Assembly (NCBI GenBank): GCA_965225945.1
Contig: CBDDBZ010000031.1
Span: 192,001-256,000, forward strand
Length of the DNA stretch: 64,000 nt
Direction of reading: 5' to 3'
Source: Alphaproteobacteria bacterium
Lineage (GTDB): Bacteria > Pseudomonadota > Alphaproteobacteria > GCA-2731375
Shown: one piece after another, positions 29,316 to 40,029 of the stretch
Numbering within the stretch: the stretch's first letter is position 1
Layout of the letters: each line of letters begins with the position of its first letter
The notes under the pieces: model-generated
What the model saw: only the letters and a program-made list of their open reading frames with translations
Told to the model about the DNA's origin: nothing
Databases searched by the model: none
Translations under genes and position numbers: made by a program

Positions 29316-30034
29316 CGGCCGTCCTCGATCAGCAAGATGTGGAGGGCGCGCGGTCCGTGCGCGCCCAGGTGAATGGTGAGTTCGATATCGCCGGTCCGCG
29401 AGGGCCCGGTGATCAAATTGACGGTACGCGGCAGCGCCGCCGCCTTGCCGCCCGCCGTCTCGCCCCCCATCTTCTCGCGCAGGCGATCCCAGACCTCCTC
29501 GTGGCTGGCCGCGAGGTCGGAGGTCCGAAGCTGGACGATGTGATGCTCCGGCAAGAAGTTGAGCGCGCTCGGGCGTCTCGCACCACTCTCCAGCACCACG
29601 GTACCGGTCTCCGCCACGCCGGCGAGCGCCGGCGTCAACGCCACCCGATCCTCGTCCCGGGCGGGGCCGGCGCTCCGCTCCACCAGCGGCGCGCGTTCCC
29701 ACGGCAGATCCTCGACCTCGGCGAGGGCCGGGAGGCGGATGCGGGGTGGGAGATTGTGGCTTTGCAAATAATCCGCCACCGCCTCCGGCACCGCCTCGTC
29801 GCCGGCGAGCCGGGTGAGGGTGCAGGCCGCCGCCTCGGCGCGGGCGATGAAACGCTCGATCAGCTCGGCGCCCTCGGCGATCGCGTCTGCCGGCAGCAGG
29901 TTCCGGGGATGGGCGGCGAGACGGCCATCCAGCTCGGCCCGCGCGTCGGGCGAGAGCGGTCCCCGGCCCAGCGCGCGCCGGATCGCCGAGAGCACCCGCT
30001 CGCGGCCGCCGTCCCCGCGCCGGTCCTCGCTCAT
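29312..30034 (-). CDS. lutC: Lactate utilization protein C (LUD domain)
   Basis: GVAETGT, ITGPSRTGDIE...GAHGP. Confidence 0.9.
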   Translation of the reverse strand: MSEDRRGDGGRERVLSAIRRALGRGPLSPDARAELDGRLAAHPRNLLPADAIAEGAELIERFIARAEAAACTLTRLAGDEAVPEAVADYLQSHNLPPRIRLPALAEVEDLPWERAPLVERSAGPARDEDRVALTPALAGVAETGTVVLESGARRPSALNFLPEHHIVQLRTSDLAASHEEVWDRLREKMGGETAGGKAAALPRTVNLITGPSRTGDIELTIHLGAHGPRALHILLIEDGR

Positions 30035-31458
30035 CCCTCCCCGCTCCGAATGCCGCCCGCGTCGGCCCGCCACAGCTCCTGGAAGGTCTTGCCCTCGGGC
30101 GCCGGCAGGTCGCGCCCGCCGGTCCAGCCGGTGGCGAACGGCAGGCGCTCGATCCGGCCGTTTTTCCGCCCCAGCCAGGCCAATAGGCGCACCGCCGCCC
30201 GGGCGCCCAGGCCGTAGAGTCCGGGGCGCGTGGCGAACCAGGTCCACAACGCCAGGCCGCGCCGCTCCACGAGGGAGGTTCGGCCGCTCTCGTGCGCCCG
30301 CTCCCGCCAGGCGCGGAGCATCCGGGGGAGGGGAATTTGCATCGGGCAGACGCTTTCGCAGCGGCCGCAGAAGGTGGAGGCGTAAGGCAGGTCCCGCGTT
30401 GTCTCCAGCCCCACCAGCGCCGGCGAAAGCACGGCGCCCATCGGTCCGACATAGACCGTGCCGTAGGCGTGCCCGCCGATCGAACGGTAGATCGGGCAGT
30501 GGTTCAAGCAGGCGCCGCAGCGGATGCAGCGCAGCATGTCCTGAAATTCGGTGCCCAGCATGGCGCTCCGCCCGTTGTCGAGCAGGATGACGTGGTATTC
30601 CTCGGGCCCGTCGGCGTCGTCAGGCCGCCTGGGTCCGGTGGAAAACGTCGTGTAGGCGGAGAACGCTTGGCCGGTGGCGGAGCGGGCCAGCAGGCGGAGG
30701 AGGGTCGTCGCGTCCTCCAGCGTCGGCACCACCTTCTCGATCGAGGCGACGACGACATGGGTGCGGGGCAGGATCTGGGTCAGATCGCCGTTGCCCTCGT
30801 TGGTGACGATGACCGAGGAGCCGGTCTCCGCCACCAGGAAGTTGGCCCCGGTGATGCCGAGGTCGGCGTCGAGGAAGCGCTGGCGCAGCACCTCGCGCGC
30901 CTCGCCGATGAGCGCCTCGGGCTCGCTCCGCCGGGCGCTCGCGTGATGACGCTCGAAGAGCTCGGAGATCTGTTCCTTGGTCTTGTGGATCGCGGGCGCG
31001 ATGATGTGGCTCGGCACTTCGTCGGCCAGTTGCACGATGTATTCGCCGAGGTCGGTCTCCACCGGCTGGATGGCGTGGCGCTCCAGGAAGGCGTTCAGGT
31101 GCAGCTCCTCGGCGACCATGCTCTTGGCCTTGGTCACCACCCTGGCCTCGCGCGCGCGGCAGATCTCGAGGATTCGCGCCCGCGCCTCTTCCGCCGTGGC
31201 GCACCAATGGACCTGGCCGCCGGCGGCCACGCAGTTCCGCTCGAAGACCTCGAGATAGTGGTCGAGATGGAGCAGCGTGTGGTCCTTGATCTCGCGTGCG
31301 CGCTCGCTGAGCGCCTCGAACTCGGGCAGTGCCGCCACCGCCTCGGCCCGCTTCGGCACCAGGCCGGCGCTCATCCGCCGAAGCGCCGAGGCCAGCTCCC
31401 GGTCAGCGAGCGCTTGGTGGGCGTTGGCCTTGAAGGCGCGCGGGTCGAGATGCGGCAT
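30031..31458 (-). CDS. lutB: Lactate utilization Fe-S protein B
   Basis: KSMVAEE, ETDLGEY, PSHI, CIRCGACLNHCP. Confidence 0.93.
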   Translation of the reverse strand: MPHLDPRAFKANAHQALADRELASALRRMSAGLVPKRAEAVAALPEFEALSERAREIKDHTLLHLDHYLEVFERNCVAAGGQVHWCATAEEARARILEICRAREARVVTKAKSMVAEELHLNAFLERHAIQPVETDLGEYIVQLADEVPSHIIAPAIHKTKEQISELFERHHASARRSEPEALIGEAREVLRQRFLDADLGITGANFLVAETGSSVIVTNEGNGDLTQILPRTHVVVASIEKVVPTLEDATTLLRLLARSATGQAFSAYTTFSTGPRRPDDADGPEEYHVILLDNGRSAMLGTEFQDMLRCIRCGACLNHCPIYRSIGGHAYGTVYVGPMGAVLSPALVGLETTRDLPYASTFCGRCESVCPMQIPLPRMLRAWRERAHESGRTSLVERRGLALWTWFATRPGLYGLGARAAVRLLAWLGRKNGRIERLPFATGWTGGRDLPAPEGKTFQELWRADAGGIRSGEG

Positions 31459-31461
31459 CGC

Positions 31462-32232
31462 CTAGGCGTCCCCCTCGCCCGCGATCGGCGCCACCTCGGC
31501 CGTGATTCCCGCCAACACCTCGGCGACGTGACGCACCTCGATTCGCTCGCCGCGTCGCTTGAGCCGTCCCGCCAGGTTCATCAGGCAGCCGAGATCGCCG
31601 GCCAGCAGCACATCGGCGCCGGTTTCGACCACCTCGTCGATCTTGCGGTCGGTGATATCGAGCGAAATGTCGGCATACTTGACGCAAAAGGTGCCGCCGA
31701 AGCCACAGCATTCCTCCGCCGCCCCCAGCTCGCGAAGCTCCAAGCCCTCGATACCCGCGAGCAGCGCGCGGGGCTGTCGTTCGACCTCCAGCTCGCGCAA
31801 GCCCGCGCAGGCATCGTGATAGGTGACGGTTGCGGGAAACCGGCCCTCGCCCCGGGCCACGCCCCGGGCGTCGACCAGGAAGGCGGTGAGCTCAAAGCTC
31901 CGTCGGGCTAGGCGCTCGGCGCGGGTGGCCCAGCGCGGCTCGTCGCGGAACAGCGCCGGATAGTGCCGTGCCAGCATGCCGGCGCACGATCCGGAGGGCA
32001 CGACGACATGGTCGAAGCCCTCGAAGCGCTCGATCACGCCCCGGGCGATTCGCTTGGCCTCGGTCCGGGCGCCCGCGTTGTAGGCCGGCTGGCCGCAACA
32101 GGTCTGTGCCGGCACATGCACCCGGCAGCCGGCCCGGCGCAGCAGCACGACAGCGGCGCGCGCGACGCTCGGGCGAAACAGGTCGGCGAGGCAGGTCACC
32201 AGCAGTCCGACGTTGGGGGTATCGTGGGCCAT
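31462..32232 (-). CDS. lutA: Lactate utilization protein A (CCG domain)
   Basis: TC..D, QTCCGQP, SGSC, YHD.C, CCGFGG. Confidence 0.92.
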   Translation of the reverse strand: MAHDTPNVGLLVTCLADLFRPSVARAAVVLLRRAGCRVHVPAQTCCGQPAYNAGARTEAKRIARGVIERFEGFDHVVVPSGSCAGMLARHYPALFRDEPRWATRAERLARRSFELTAFLVDARGVARGEGRFPATVTYHDACAGLRELEVERQPRALLAGIEGLELRELGAAEECCGFGGTFCVKYADISLDITDRKIDEVVETGADVLLAGDLGCLMNLAGRLKRRGERIEVRHVAEVLAGITAEVAPIAGEGDA

Positions 32233-32381
32233 GGCGCGACGGTTCCCTCGGACGATGCGTGGGCGGGTCCGGCGACGGCGGACTATATAGCATGAACCGC
32301 CCGCGCCCAATCGCACCGCCACCCGCTCGACCGCTTATCCCCGGGAGGAGGACTCTTTCTAGGATTACCTTTTCGGTGACA

Positions 32382-32405
32382 AACTGTACGGAAAGTCGTA
32401 CGGTT
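32382..32405. promoter_or_regulatory. Putative HigA operator palindrome
   Basis: AACTGTACG-N6-CGTACGGTT immediately upstream of higB. Confidence 0.5.
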
Positions 32406-32411
32406 CAGGGA

Positions 32412-32696
32412 ATGGATATTTTCTCGATCCGGCATAGGGGCTTGCGACAGTTCTTCGAACGCGACCGGAGCCAAGGCCTGCCGCCGCAACGCGTAGAGAA
32501 AATCCGCAGGATACTCGCCGCCATTGACGACGCGGAGGATCTGAACGAGCTGGAGACTTTGCCAGGTTGGCGGCTGCACAAGCTCCGTGGCGATCGCAGG
32601 GGAACTTGGTCCATTAGTGTGACAGGTAATTGGCGAATAACGTTCCGAGTCGACGAAAATGGAATCCACGACCTGGATTTGGAGGACTACCACTGA
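32412..32696 (+). CDS. higB: HigB (RelE/ParE family) toxin
   Basis: RHRGL..F, PGWRLHKL.GDR...WSISV.GNWRITF...LEDYH. Confidence 0.92.
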   Translation: MDIFSIRHRGLRQFFERDRSQGLPPQRVEKIRRILAAIDDAEDLNELETLPGWRLHKLRGDRRGTWSISVTGNWRITFRVDENGIHDLDLEDYH

Positions 32697-33007
32697 TGAG
32701 TTTGAAACCGATCAAAAAGGGCATGATGCCCGCGCCGCCGGGCGAGTTCATCCGCGAGGAAATTCTGCTGCCTTTAGGCCTGAGCATTTCCAAGGCGGCA
32801 AGGGTCATGAAGATGCGCCGTGCCACGCTATCGGAGATCGTGAACGACAAGTCACGGCTCACTCCCGATGTCGCGCTACGCCTGGAAAGGGCCTTTGGCG
32901 TGTCCATGGAGCTGCTCTTGCGCATGCAAGGCTCATATGAGATTGCCCAAACGCGCCAGAGGGCGGGGGAAATCGACGTGGAACGGTACAAACCTGAAAT
33001 GGGATGA
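32696..33007 (+). CDS. higA: HigA antitoxin
   Basis: PGEFIREE, HTH, ALRL..AFG; TGATG overlap with toxin. Confidence 0.92.
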   Translation: MSLKPIKKGMMPAPPGEFIREEILLPLGLSISKAARVMKMRRATLSEIVNDKSRLTPDVALRLERAFGVSMELLLRMQGSYEIAQTRQRAGEIDVERYKPEMG

Positions 33008-34405
33008 TTTGCTGTATGGAAGGCGCTTTAAAATGCGAGGGTCTGTCACTCAATTCGATGTCTCTGGCTAGGGGTGCACTCCAGTCACCGTTGTAATTGG
33101 TTACCGTAATTCGAGCATATTTTCGATGTATCGGAACAGTTCGTCAAACAAGTCGAGTTTGCCATTTTTTAGGAAATCAACAACATCAGTTCGAACTTGC
33201 TCTCTTGGTAGATGAACCACGCTACCAAGTTCGAAAAACTCGCTGTGATTTTTTGCTAGTAACGCGCTTTCTATAGCGCTCTCCAGCTTAGCGTTTCCGT
33301 CGATACCCCAACGCGTTAGAAGATAGGATTTATCATCCTTCTCCATCGCAGATTCAAGTCAAGAAGGAACTTTTCGGGCCATGTATCGCCTGGCAAATAA
33401 CTCACACGCTTCTTCGCCTAACCTTCGAATTCGCCTTCATCGTTTCGGTACTTAGTCTCCACGCCAATTTTTAGGCGACTGATTGACTGGGCATGATTTT
33501 TTCGCTGATCTCCGTCTCGTCTAATATAATTATACTATCATCTTGAATTTCCAAGTATTTTGAAGATAGAAGACGTAATGCCGCCTCGACAGAACCGATC
33601 GGATGAATATTAATCCGCTCTCGGATCGCCATGGCAAGGATCGAACGCAAAATTGCTTCAGCGACATCATCCTCTACATAAACGTCGAGCTCATTCGATC
33701 CTGCGCCACCAAGTTTACCGCATGCCAGCTCAGATGAAATCCCTCTGATGATTAACGTGCCTCCTCCGGTACCTTCAATGAAGAAACGGCCCTCGGGAGG
33801 TAGGGTATCAAGTATCACGTGAGAGTGCGTCGAACAAATAATTTAACAATGCCTTTTTTGCACAATTTCTTGAGTTCTTCAATAAGTCTTCGTTGAGCTT
33901 TTTCGTGTAATCCAAGCTCGATTTCATCAACAACCAATAGAGCACCTTCACCAGATTCAAATACGGCGGTCAGAATTTCAAAAACAGAGCTTTCTCCACC
34001 TCCCATATTAAAACCAGAATATCTCATTTTCTTCGATGATACAATCGGCAGGGAATATTTTGAGTGTTGATGAAGCTCGAATCCACTGTAACTCCTTCCA
34101 AGTATTTTGCCCGCAATTGTCCCAATTTCCTTTCAAGCCTTATCATCTAGGTTAGTGGCTTGAAAACGAGCGCGATATGATTTGTGTGCACTTCTTTCAA
34201 AATGAGGAACGACACGCTGTGAGCCTAGATATGCTACATTCCGTCGCACCCTCGTGTGGTAGTTATTCCATTTTTCTCCGACATTTTTCCATCTGCTTTG
34301 CCGCCCCGGTCCGGGGTCGAGTCGATGCCAATTGTCGTGGCAAAATTTGTAATAAATGTGAATGCCGTCGGACGGAGATTCTTCTTTTGTTTGGATAAAA
34401 AAATC

Positions 34406-36000
34406 GTAACTGCCCAGGTACATGGTGGCCTTTTAGGCGGCGTGGAGACGCTCGATCAGGGTTTCGGGATTTTCCATGAGCGCCTGGATGATGTTCCAGC
34501 CCTGTTTTCTGGCGGTCGAGATGAAGCCGCGGACGGTGGCAAAGTCTTCGGCGCCTTTCTGGCTGCGGAAGCCGCCGGAGATTTTCTGCTTGACCTTCAT
34601 CATGCGCCCGTCCTGCTCGGCCTGATTGTTGGTGAACGGCACGGCGAAATTGATGAGGAAGCGCAGCGCGTCTTCCTTGTGTGTCTGAAGGCGCCGGAGA
34701 AGGTTGTGCCCGGTGCGGCGCGGCTTGCTTCCCCGGCGCTTGGCCTTGCTCGATCTGGGCGCAAGAGGAGGTTGTGCCTCGTGAAAGGCGATGCCCTCGG
34801 CCGTGATCGCGTCGTAACACCCTCGGAAGCGCTCGACGAGGCCTGGTTTCAGCGCCACGCCCCGCTCCCGGGCGAGATTTACCGCGTGGCAGGCGCGGCG
34901 CAATAGTCTCTGCATCTTGCGTGCCCAGCCCTCCTTCTCGATCTCGATCAGGGCTTGCAACTCGCGCAGGTGATGGGCGTTGCACAGCGCGTGCCGTACG
35001 CCCTCCATCGTAAAGTACGGCTTCCAGTGGTCATGGACGACGATGCCGCCGACTCCGCCGAGCAGGCTGCCGCGTCGCTCCGAGACCCGATAGAAGGTCA
35101 ACCGCGCGGTCGAGGCGACGTGCAACCATTGGGTCCGCCCGGCGATCCGCAAGCCGGTCTCGTCCATGTGCTTGACCGGCGCCGATTTCACCAGTTCGCG
35201 GATCACATCGACGACGCCTTGGACGGACTCGGCGCTGTTCCCGCCCCTCCGCGCGAGGCTCGCCGGAGACAGTTCCGCCCCGAACAGATCCTTCATCAAT
35301 TCAGCCAGGCGGTCCTCGGGCAGGAGTTGGTAGTGCGACAGGTAGACCACCATGGCTCCGATCCGAGCGCCGTATTGAACCGGGCCGGTGATGGCGACGG
35401 GAAAAGAAGCCCGAGTGTACGTGCCGCAATGCCCGCAACGGCAGCGATGCGCCCGATGCTCCGTGACCACCAGGGGCCGGGGCTCGGGTAGATCGAAAAC
35501 CTGGCGGGCCCCATGGCCGGTAGCCATATCCGGCGTCAATCCCGAACCACACCACTGGCACGTCTCGGGATAATGGTCGACGGTGGCGTCGGGATCGGCG
35601 ACTTGGCGCAGGGTCTCGCCCTTGTGGCCCTTTTGCCCGCCCGGCTTGCGGGCCGATTTCTTACGGAGGCTCCTGGTGCGCTTCTTTTTACCCGCCGGTG
35701 GCTTGTTCAATCCATCGCTCGACGGTGGCTTGCCGCTGTTCGTGCTGTTCAGGCCAAGCCGGCGCTCGAGTTCACCAAGCCGGAGTTCGAACTCGGCGAG
35801 CCGCGACCCTTGGGCCAGCACCACATCGATCAGCTCGTCTTTCGACAAAAAGGCAAGAACATCCCTATCCATCGAATCCTTAGAATCGACCAACCACCCC
35901 TGTCAAACGAAATCTAGGCCGTCAGCGCCCCAAACCCACAAAATCTGCCCCCAGAGACCCAATCCGCAGCCTCATCGAAATCAGCTGCCTGGGCAGTTAC
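34406..36000 (-). mobile_element. IS66-family element (single-ORF type)
   Basis: IR GTAACTGCCCAGG...CCTGGGCAGTTAC; 8-bp TSD AAAAAATC. Confidence 0.95.
34433..35893 (-). CDS. IS66 transposase
   Basis: NSTNSGKPPSSD, GGQKGH.G, Zn ribbon, HMDETG, LCNAHHLREL, TNNQAEQD.R. Confidence 0.93.
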   Translation of the reverse strand: MVDSKDSMDRDVLAFLSKDELIDVVLAQGSRLAEFELRLGELERRLGLNSTNSGKPPSSDGLNKPPAGKKKRTRSLRKKSARKPGGQKGHKGETLRQVADPDATVDHYPETCQWCGSGLTPDMATGHGARQVFDLPEPRPLVVTEHRAHRCRCGHCGTYTRASFPVAITGPVQYGARIGAMVVYLSHYQLLPEDRLAELMKDLFGAELSPASLARRGGNSAESVQGVVDVIRELVKSAPVKHMDETGLRIAGRTQWLHVASTARLTFYRVSERRGSLLGGVGGIVVHDHWKPYFTMEGVRHALCNAHHLRELQALIEIEKEGWARKMQRLLRRACHAVNLARERGVALKPGLVERFRGCYDAITAEGIAFHEAQPPLAPRSSKAKRRGSKPRRTGHNLLRRLQTHKEDALRFLINFAVPFTNNQAEQDGRMMKVKQKISGGFRSQKGAEDFATVRGFISTARKQGWNIIQALMENPETLIERLHAA

Positions 36001-36008
36001 AAAAAATC

Positions 36009-37231
36009 CATGGTACACGACGGCATTTACGTAGGACGTTGAAAAGGTTGTAGGATTCCCGATTCACTCCACGACGAGTCAAGAGGGAAATCATGCGAGA
36101 CAACCCGATCAACGCCCTGCGTGAGACGCTACGATGCGGCTTCGCCTTTCGCAAGAGCCGTCTGGAGAGCCTTTGCGTCTTGGTCTTCGGCGTGTTCGTC
36201 GCCCGGACGGTGAACCTCTCTCACTTGGCCTGCCACTTTCCGGGGCGCGCGCGATCCAGCTCCAACTATCGGCGCCTGCAACGGTTTTTCGAGCAAGTCG
36301 ATTTCGATTACGATCGCCTCGCCGAGTTCCTGGTCGCGATGATGGGGCTCCAGGCGGGGCCGTGGCGGCTGACCATGGACCGGACCAACTGGCGGCTGGG
36401 TCGCCGCGACGTCAACATCTTGATGATCGGCATCGTCAACCGCGCCATCGCCATTCCCGTGTGCTGGCGGGTGCTCGACAAGGCGGGCAATTCCAATACC
36501 AAGGAGCGGATCGCGATCCTCGAACACGTCCTCCGGCTCTTCGGGGTCGACAAGATCGCCAGCCTCCTGGCCGACCGGGAATTCATCGGCGACGCCTGGC
36601 TGGCATGGTTGCAGGAAAAGGCCATCCCCTTTCACATCCGCATCCGATCCAACATCAAGATCGCCAACACGCGTGGTCGCATGGTCAAGGCGAGGGAGCT
36701 GTTTCGCGACCTCAAACCCGGGGAAAGCCGCATCCTCTCCAACGCCAGGCGCCTCTCGGAGGCCAGAAAACCCAAGGCCAGGCCCGTCTTCGTCGCCGCG
36801 CTCCATCTCAAGACCGGCGAACTGTTGATCGTCGTGACCAACGACGCGCCCGAGGAGGCCTTGGCCATCTACGCCCAGCGCTGGCAAATCGAGACCCTCT
36901 TCGCCGCCTTGAAAACCCGTGGCTTCAACCTCGAAGACACCCACATGACCGACCCGGAGCGCATCTCCAAGCTCACCGCCGTCCTTTCCATCACCTTCTG
37001 CTGGGCGCACAAAGTCGGCGATTGGCTCCACGAGGCCGAGCCGATCCGCCTCAAAACCCACAAAAGGATGGCAAAATCCATCTTCCGATACGGTTTCGAG
37101 TGGATAAGGCGACAGCTCGTCAATCCTATCGACAGGCGTCAAGCCATTGAGCTGATTCGTTTCCTCGTCCCCGGAAAACCACCAGTCCAGGTGCCCAGGC
37201 CAAAGCCAGCATGAACGAGTCGTGTACTGTG
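36009..37231 (+). mobile_element. IS4-family element copy 1 (1223 bp)
   Basis: IR CATGGTACACGAC / GTCGTGTACTGTG; 9-bp TSD CAAAAAATC. Confidence 0.93.
36093..37214 (+). CDS. IS4-family DDE transposase
   Basis: MDRTNW, ADREF, Y..RWQIE..F..LK (YREK motif). Confidence 0.93.
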   Translation: MRDNPINALRETLRCGFAFRKSRLESLCVLVFGVFVARTVNLSHLACHFPGRARSSSNYRRLQRFFEQVDFDYDRLAEFLVAMMGLQAGPWRLTMDRTNWRLGRRDVNILMIGIVNRAIAIPVCWRVLDKAGNSNTKERIAILEHVLRLFGVDKIASLLADREFIGDAWLAWLQEKAIPFHIRIRSNIKIANTRGRMVKARELFRDLKPGESRILSNARRLSEARKPKARPVFVAALHLKTGELLIVVTNDAPEEALAIYAQRWQIETLFAALKTRGFNLEDTHMTDPERISKLTAVLSITFCWAHKVGDWLHEAEPIRLKTHKRMAKSIFRYGFEWIRRQLVNPIDRRQAIELIRFLVPGKPPVQVPRPKPA

Positions 37232-37306
37232 CAAAAAATCACTAAATGTGTAGTAAGGTATTTTCCTCCCGGCGTGGCAATAACCATCGTAATTATTATG
37301 AAAAGC

Positions 37307-38529
37307 CATGGTACACGACGGCATTTACGTAGGACGTTGAAAAGGTTGTAGGATTCCCGATTCACTCCACGACGAGTCAAGAGGGAAATCATGCGAGACA
37401 ACCCGATCAACGCCCTGCGTGAGACGCTACGATGCGGCTTCGCCTTTCGCAAGAGCCGTCTGGAGAGCCTTTGCGTCTTGGTCTTCGGCGTGTTCGTCGC
37501 CCGGACGGTGAACCTCTCTCACTTGGCCTGCCACTTTCCGGGGCGCGCGCGATCCAGCTCCAACTATCGGCGCCTGCAACGGTTTTTCGAGCAAGTCGAT
37601 TTCGATTACGATCGCCTCGCCGAGTTCCTGGTCGCGATGATGGGGCTCCAGGCGGGGCCGTGGCGGCTGACCATGGACCGGACCAACTGGCGGCTGGGTC
37701 GCCGCGACGTCAACATCTTGATGATCGGCATCGTCAACCGCGCCATCGCCATTCCCGTGTGCTGGCGGGTGCTCGACAAGGCGGGCAATTCCAATACCAA
37801 GGAGCGGATCGCGATCCTCGAACACGTCCTCCGGCTCTTCGGGGTCGACAAGATCGCCAGCCTCCTGGCCGACCGGGAATTCATCGGCGACGCCTGGCTG
37901 GCATGGTTGCAGGAAAAGGCCATCCCCTTTCACATCCGCATCCGATCCAACATCAAGATCGCCAACACGCGTGGTCGCATGGTCAAGGCGAGGGAGCTGT
38001 TTCGCGACCTCAAACCCGGGGAAAGCCGCATCCTCTCCAACGCCAGGCGCCTCTCGGAGGCCAGAAAACCCAAGGCCAGGCCCGTCTTCGTCGCCGCGCT
38101 CCATCTCAAGACCGGCGAACTGTTGATCGTCGTGACCAACGACGCGCCCGAGGAGGCCTTGGCCATCTACGCCCAGCGCTGGCAAATCGAGACCCTCTTC
38201 GCCGCCTTGAAAACCCGTGGCTTCAACCTCGAAGACACCCACATGACCGACCCGGAGCGCATCTCCAAGCTCACCGCCGTCCTTTCCATCACCTTCTGCT
38301 GGGCGCACAAAGTCGGCGATTGGCTCCACGAGGCCGAGCCGATCCGCCTCAAAACCCACAAAAGGATGGCAAAATCCATCTTCCGATACGGTTTCGAGTG
38401 GATAAGGCGACAGCTCGTCAATCCTATCGACAGGCGTCAAGCCATTGAGCTGATTCGTTTCCTCGTCCCCGGAAAACCACCAGTCCAGGTGCCCAGGCCA
38501 AAGCCAGCATGAACGAGTCGTGTACTGTG
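37307..38529 (+). mobile_element. IS4-family element copy 2 (1223 bp)
   Basis: Same ends and identical protein as copy 1; 9-bp TSD ATGAAAAGC. Confidence 0.93.
37391..38512 (+). CDS. IS4-family DDE transposase (identical protein to copy 1)
   Basis: Identical 373-aa translation. Confidence 0.93.
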   Translation: MRDNPINALRETLRCGFAFRKSRLESLCVLVFGVFVARTVNLSHLACHFPGRARSSSNYRRLQRFFEQVDFDYDRLAEFLVAMMGLQAGPWRLTMDRTNWRLGRRDVNILMIGIVNRAIAIPVCWRVLDKAGNSNTKERIAILEHVLRLFGVDKIASLLADREFIGDAWLAWLQEKAIPFHIRIRSNIKIANTRGRMVKARELFRDLKPGESRILSNARRLSEARKPKARPVFVAALHLKTGELLIVVTNDAPEEALAIYAQRWQIETLFAALKTRGFNLEDTHMTDPERISKLTAVLSITFCWAHKVGDWLHEAEPIRLKTHKRMAKSIFRYGFEWIRRQLVNPIDRRQAIELIRFLVPGKPPVQVPRPKPA

Positions 38530-38757
38530 ATGAAAAGCACAAGAGGTCATAGCTAGCAACGTAGATTTTCCAGAACCATTTTCACCCGAGAAAGCAGAAA
38601 TAGGGTAGTCAAACTCGACAGTAAAGAGGCCTAATCCTCGAAGCTTACCCGATCGGAGTTCTATTGTGCTAAGCGTTGCGCGACTGTTGTCGCGAGTCAT
38701 CCAGCTAATATTGCTCTTATCCAGATTTGAATAATTGTAAGCCATCAGCATACTCTG

Positions 38758-40029
38758 CAGGGCAACGAATCCAGGTTAACGCGGCTCGACCCCGAGAATT
38801 GAAGCGAGGTAGTCGACATCCCATCCCGCGAGTTTTCGCCGCAGCTTGAGGCTTTTCTTGTCCCGTTTTTGGCGGACGAGGTTGATGGCGAAGTGTCTGA
38901 CGACGGCCATGTTTTTGGCTCCATGTCCTTTTCGTAGGCGGGGCTGGTCTTCCTTGAAGGTGACGTCGAGCACGAGGGGAGCCGGTTTTCGATGCCCCAG
39001 TGGCCGCGCACGGCCCTCGCGGCGGCCTTCGCGCGAAGGGCTGAGGAGGAGATGTAGTATCGGGTGTCGAAGCGGCAGCGGTCCCGCATCTCGACCCTCG
39101 AGTGGGCGCTGAGGATCGCGGCCACGCCGGGGAGGCGGAGTTCTCCGCGGATGCGGCGCTCGCCGTCGAGCCGATCGACCTCGCGGGCGATGGTCACGGT
39201 TCGCTGCTCGATGCGGCCATGGCCCTTGTCGACATCGCTGAAGCTCTCCAGGGTATCGCCGCGCGCGGTGGCGCAGAGTTCCTCGATCTCGGCCCTCAGT
39301 GTCGGCTGGTTGGCCTTCACCGCCAGCAGATAGTCGGCGCCCGCGTCCCTGATGGCGGTGGCGATGGTGGCGTTGCAGGCGATCGCGTCGATGGAGACGA
39401 GGGCGCCCTCCAGGCCGCCGTCGGCGGCGAGCCGCTGGAGCAGCACGGGGATGGCGGTGGTCTCGCTCGACTTGTCCTCCACCGCCTCCTGGCCGAGCAC
39501 CAGCCGGCCGGTGGTGGCGAAGGCCGAGACCAGATGCAGTGCCGCCTTGCCGGCGCCGCGGTCATGGCTGCGCCTCGAGGTCTTGCCGTCGATGGCGACC
39601 AAGTCGGGCCGCTCGGGCCAGGTCTCGCGGACCCAGGCGGTGAAGCAGGCCGAGAACGTCCCGGGATCGATCCGGTTCATCAGCAACGTCAGCCAGCGCC
39701 CACCCGGAACCCCGTGGTAATAGGGTAGGAAGCGGCGCAGGAAGGCGAGATGCGCTTCCCCCCAGGCGGCGATGCCCTCGTAGTCGTCGCAATCGGCAAC
39801 CGTTCCGCAGACCACCAGCAACAGCACTTCCGGCAACGGATGCGCTACCCGCCAGGGCTCTCGCGGGTCCTCGATCTTCCCGAAGTGATCCAGCAGCGCC
39901 CGAAGGCGGGACTTCTCACCAGACTCCGATACTTGCAGTTCCATCGCGGTTCCTCCGAATCAGTGGCGATTCAGGGAATCACGATCCGAACAAGCCGTAA
40001 ATGAACGTTAACCCGAGTTCAGGGCCCTG
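38758..40029 (-). mobile_element. ISAs1-family element
   Basis: IR CAGGGC...GGTTAAC at both ends; flanking (C)ATACTCT direct repeat. Confidence 0.88.
38776..39944 (-). pseudogene. ISAs1 transposase with frameshift near 38975
   Basis: DPR, AIDGKT, SIDA, VKANQ, HGRIE, RGHWGIENRL then shift to LDVTFKED. Confidence 0.85.

Larger units (their letters stand above)
33101..38745 (-). pseudogene. Low-GC ABC/AAA ATPase-TOPRIM (OLD-like) protein fragmented by three IS insertions, a stop and frameshifts
   Basis: Walker A GENGSGKS (~38570), signature MGGGE, Walker B LLVVDEIELGLH, H-loop STHS, TOPRIM VYVEDD; fragments rejoin in frame after removing ISs and target duplications. Confidence 0.8.

Noticed and set aside
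36009-38529. Composite transposon or tandem duplication formed by the IS4 pair
   Set aside because: Each copy has its own TSD, and the 75-bp spacer is in-place sequence of the disrupted gene.
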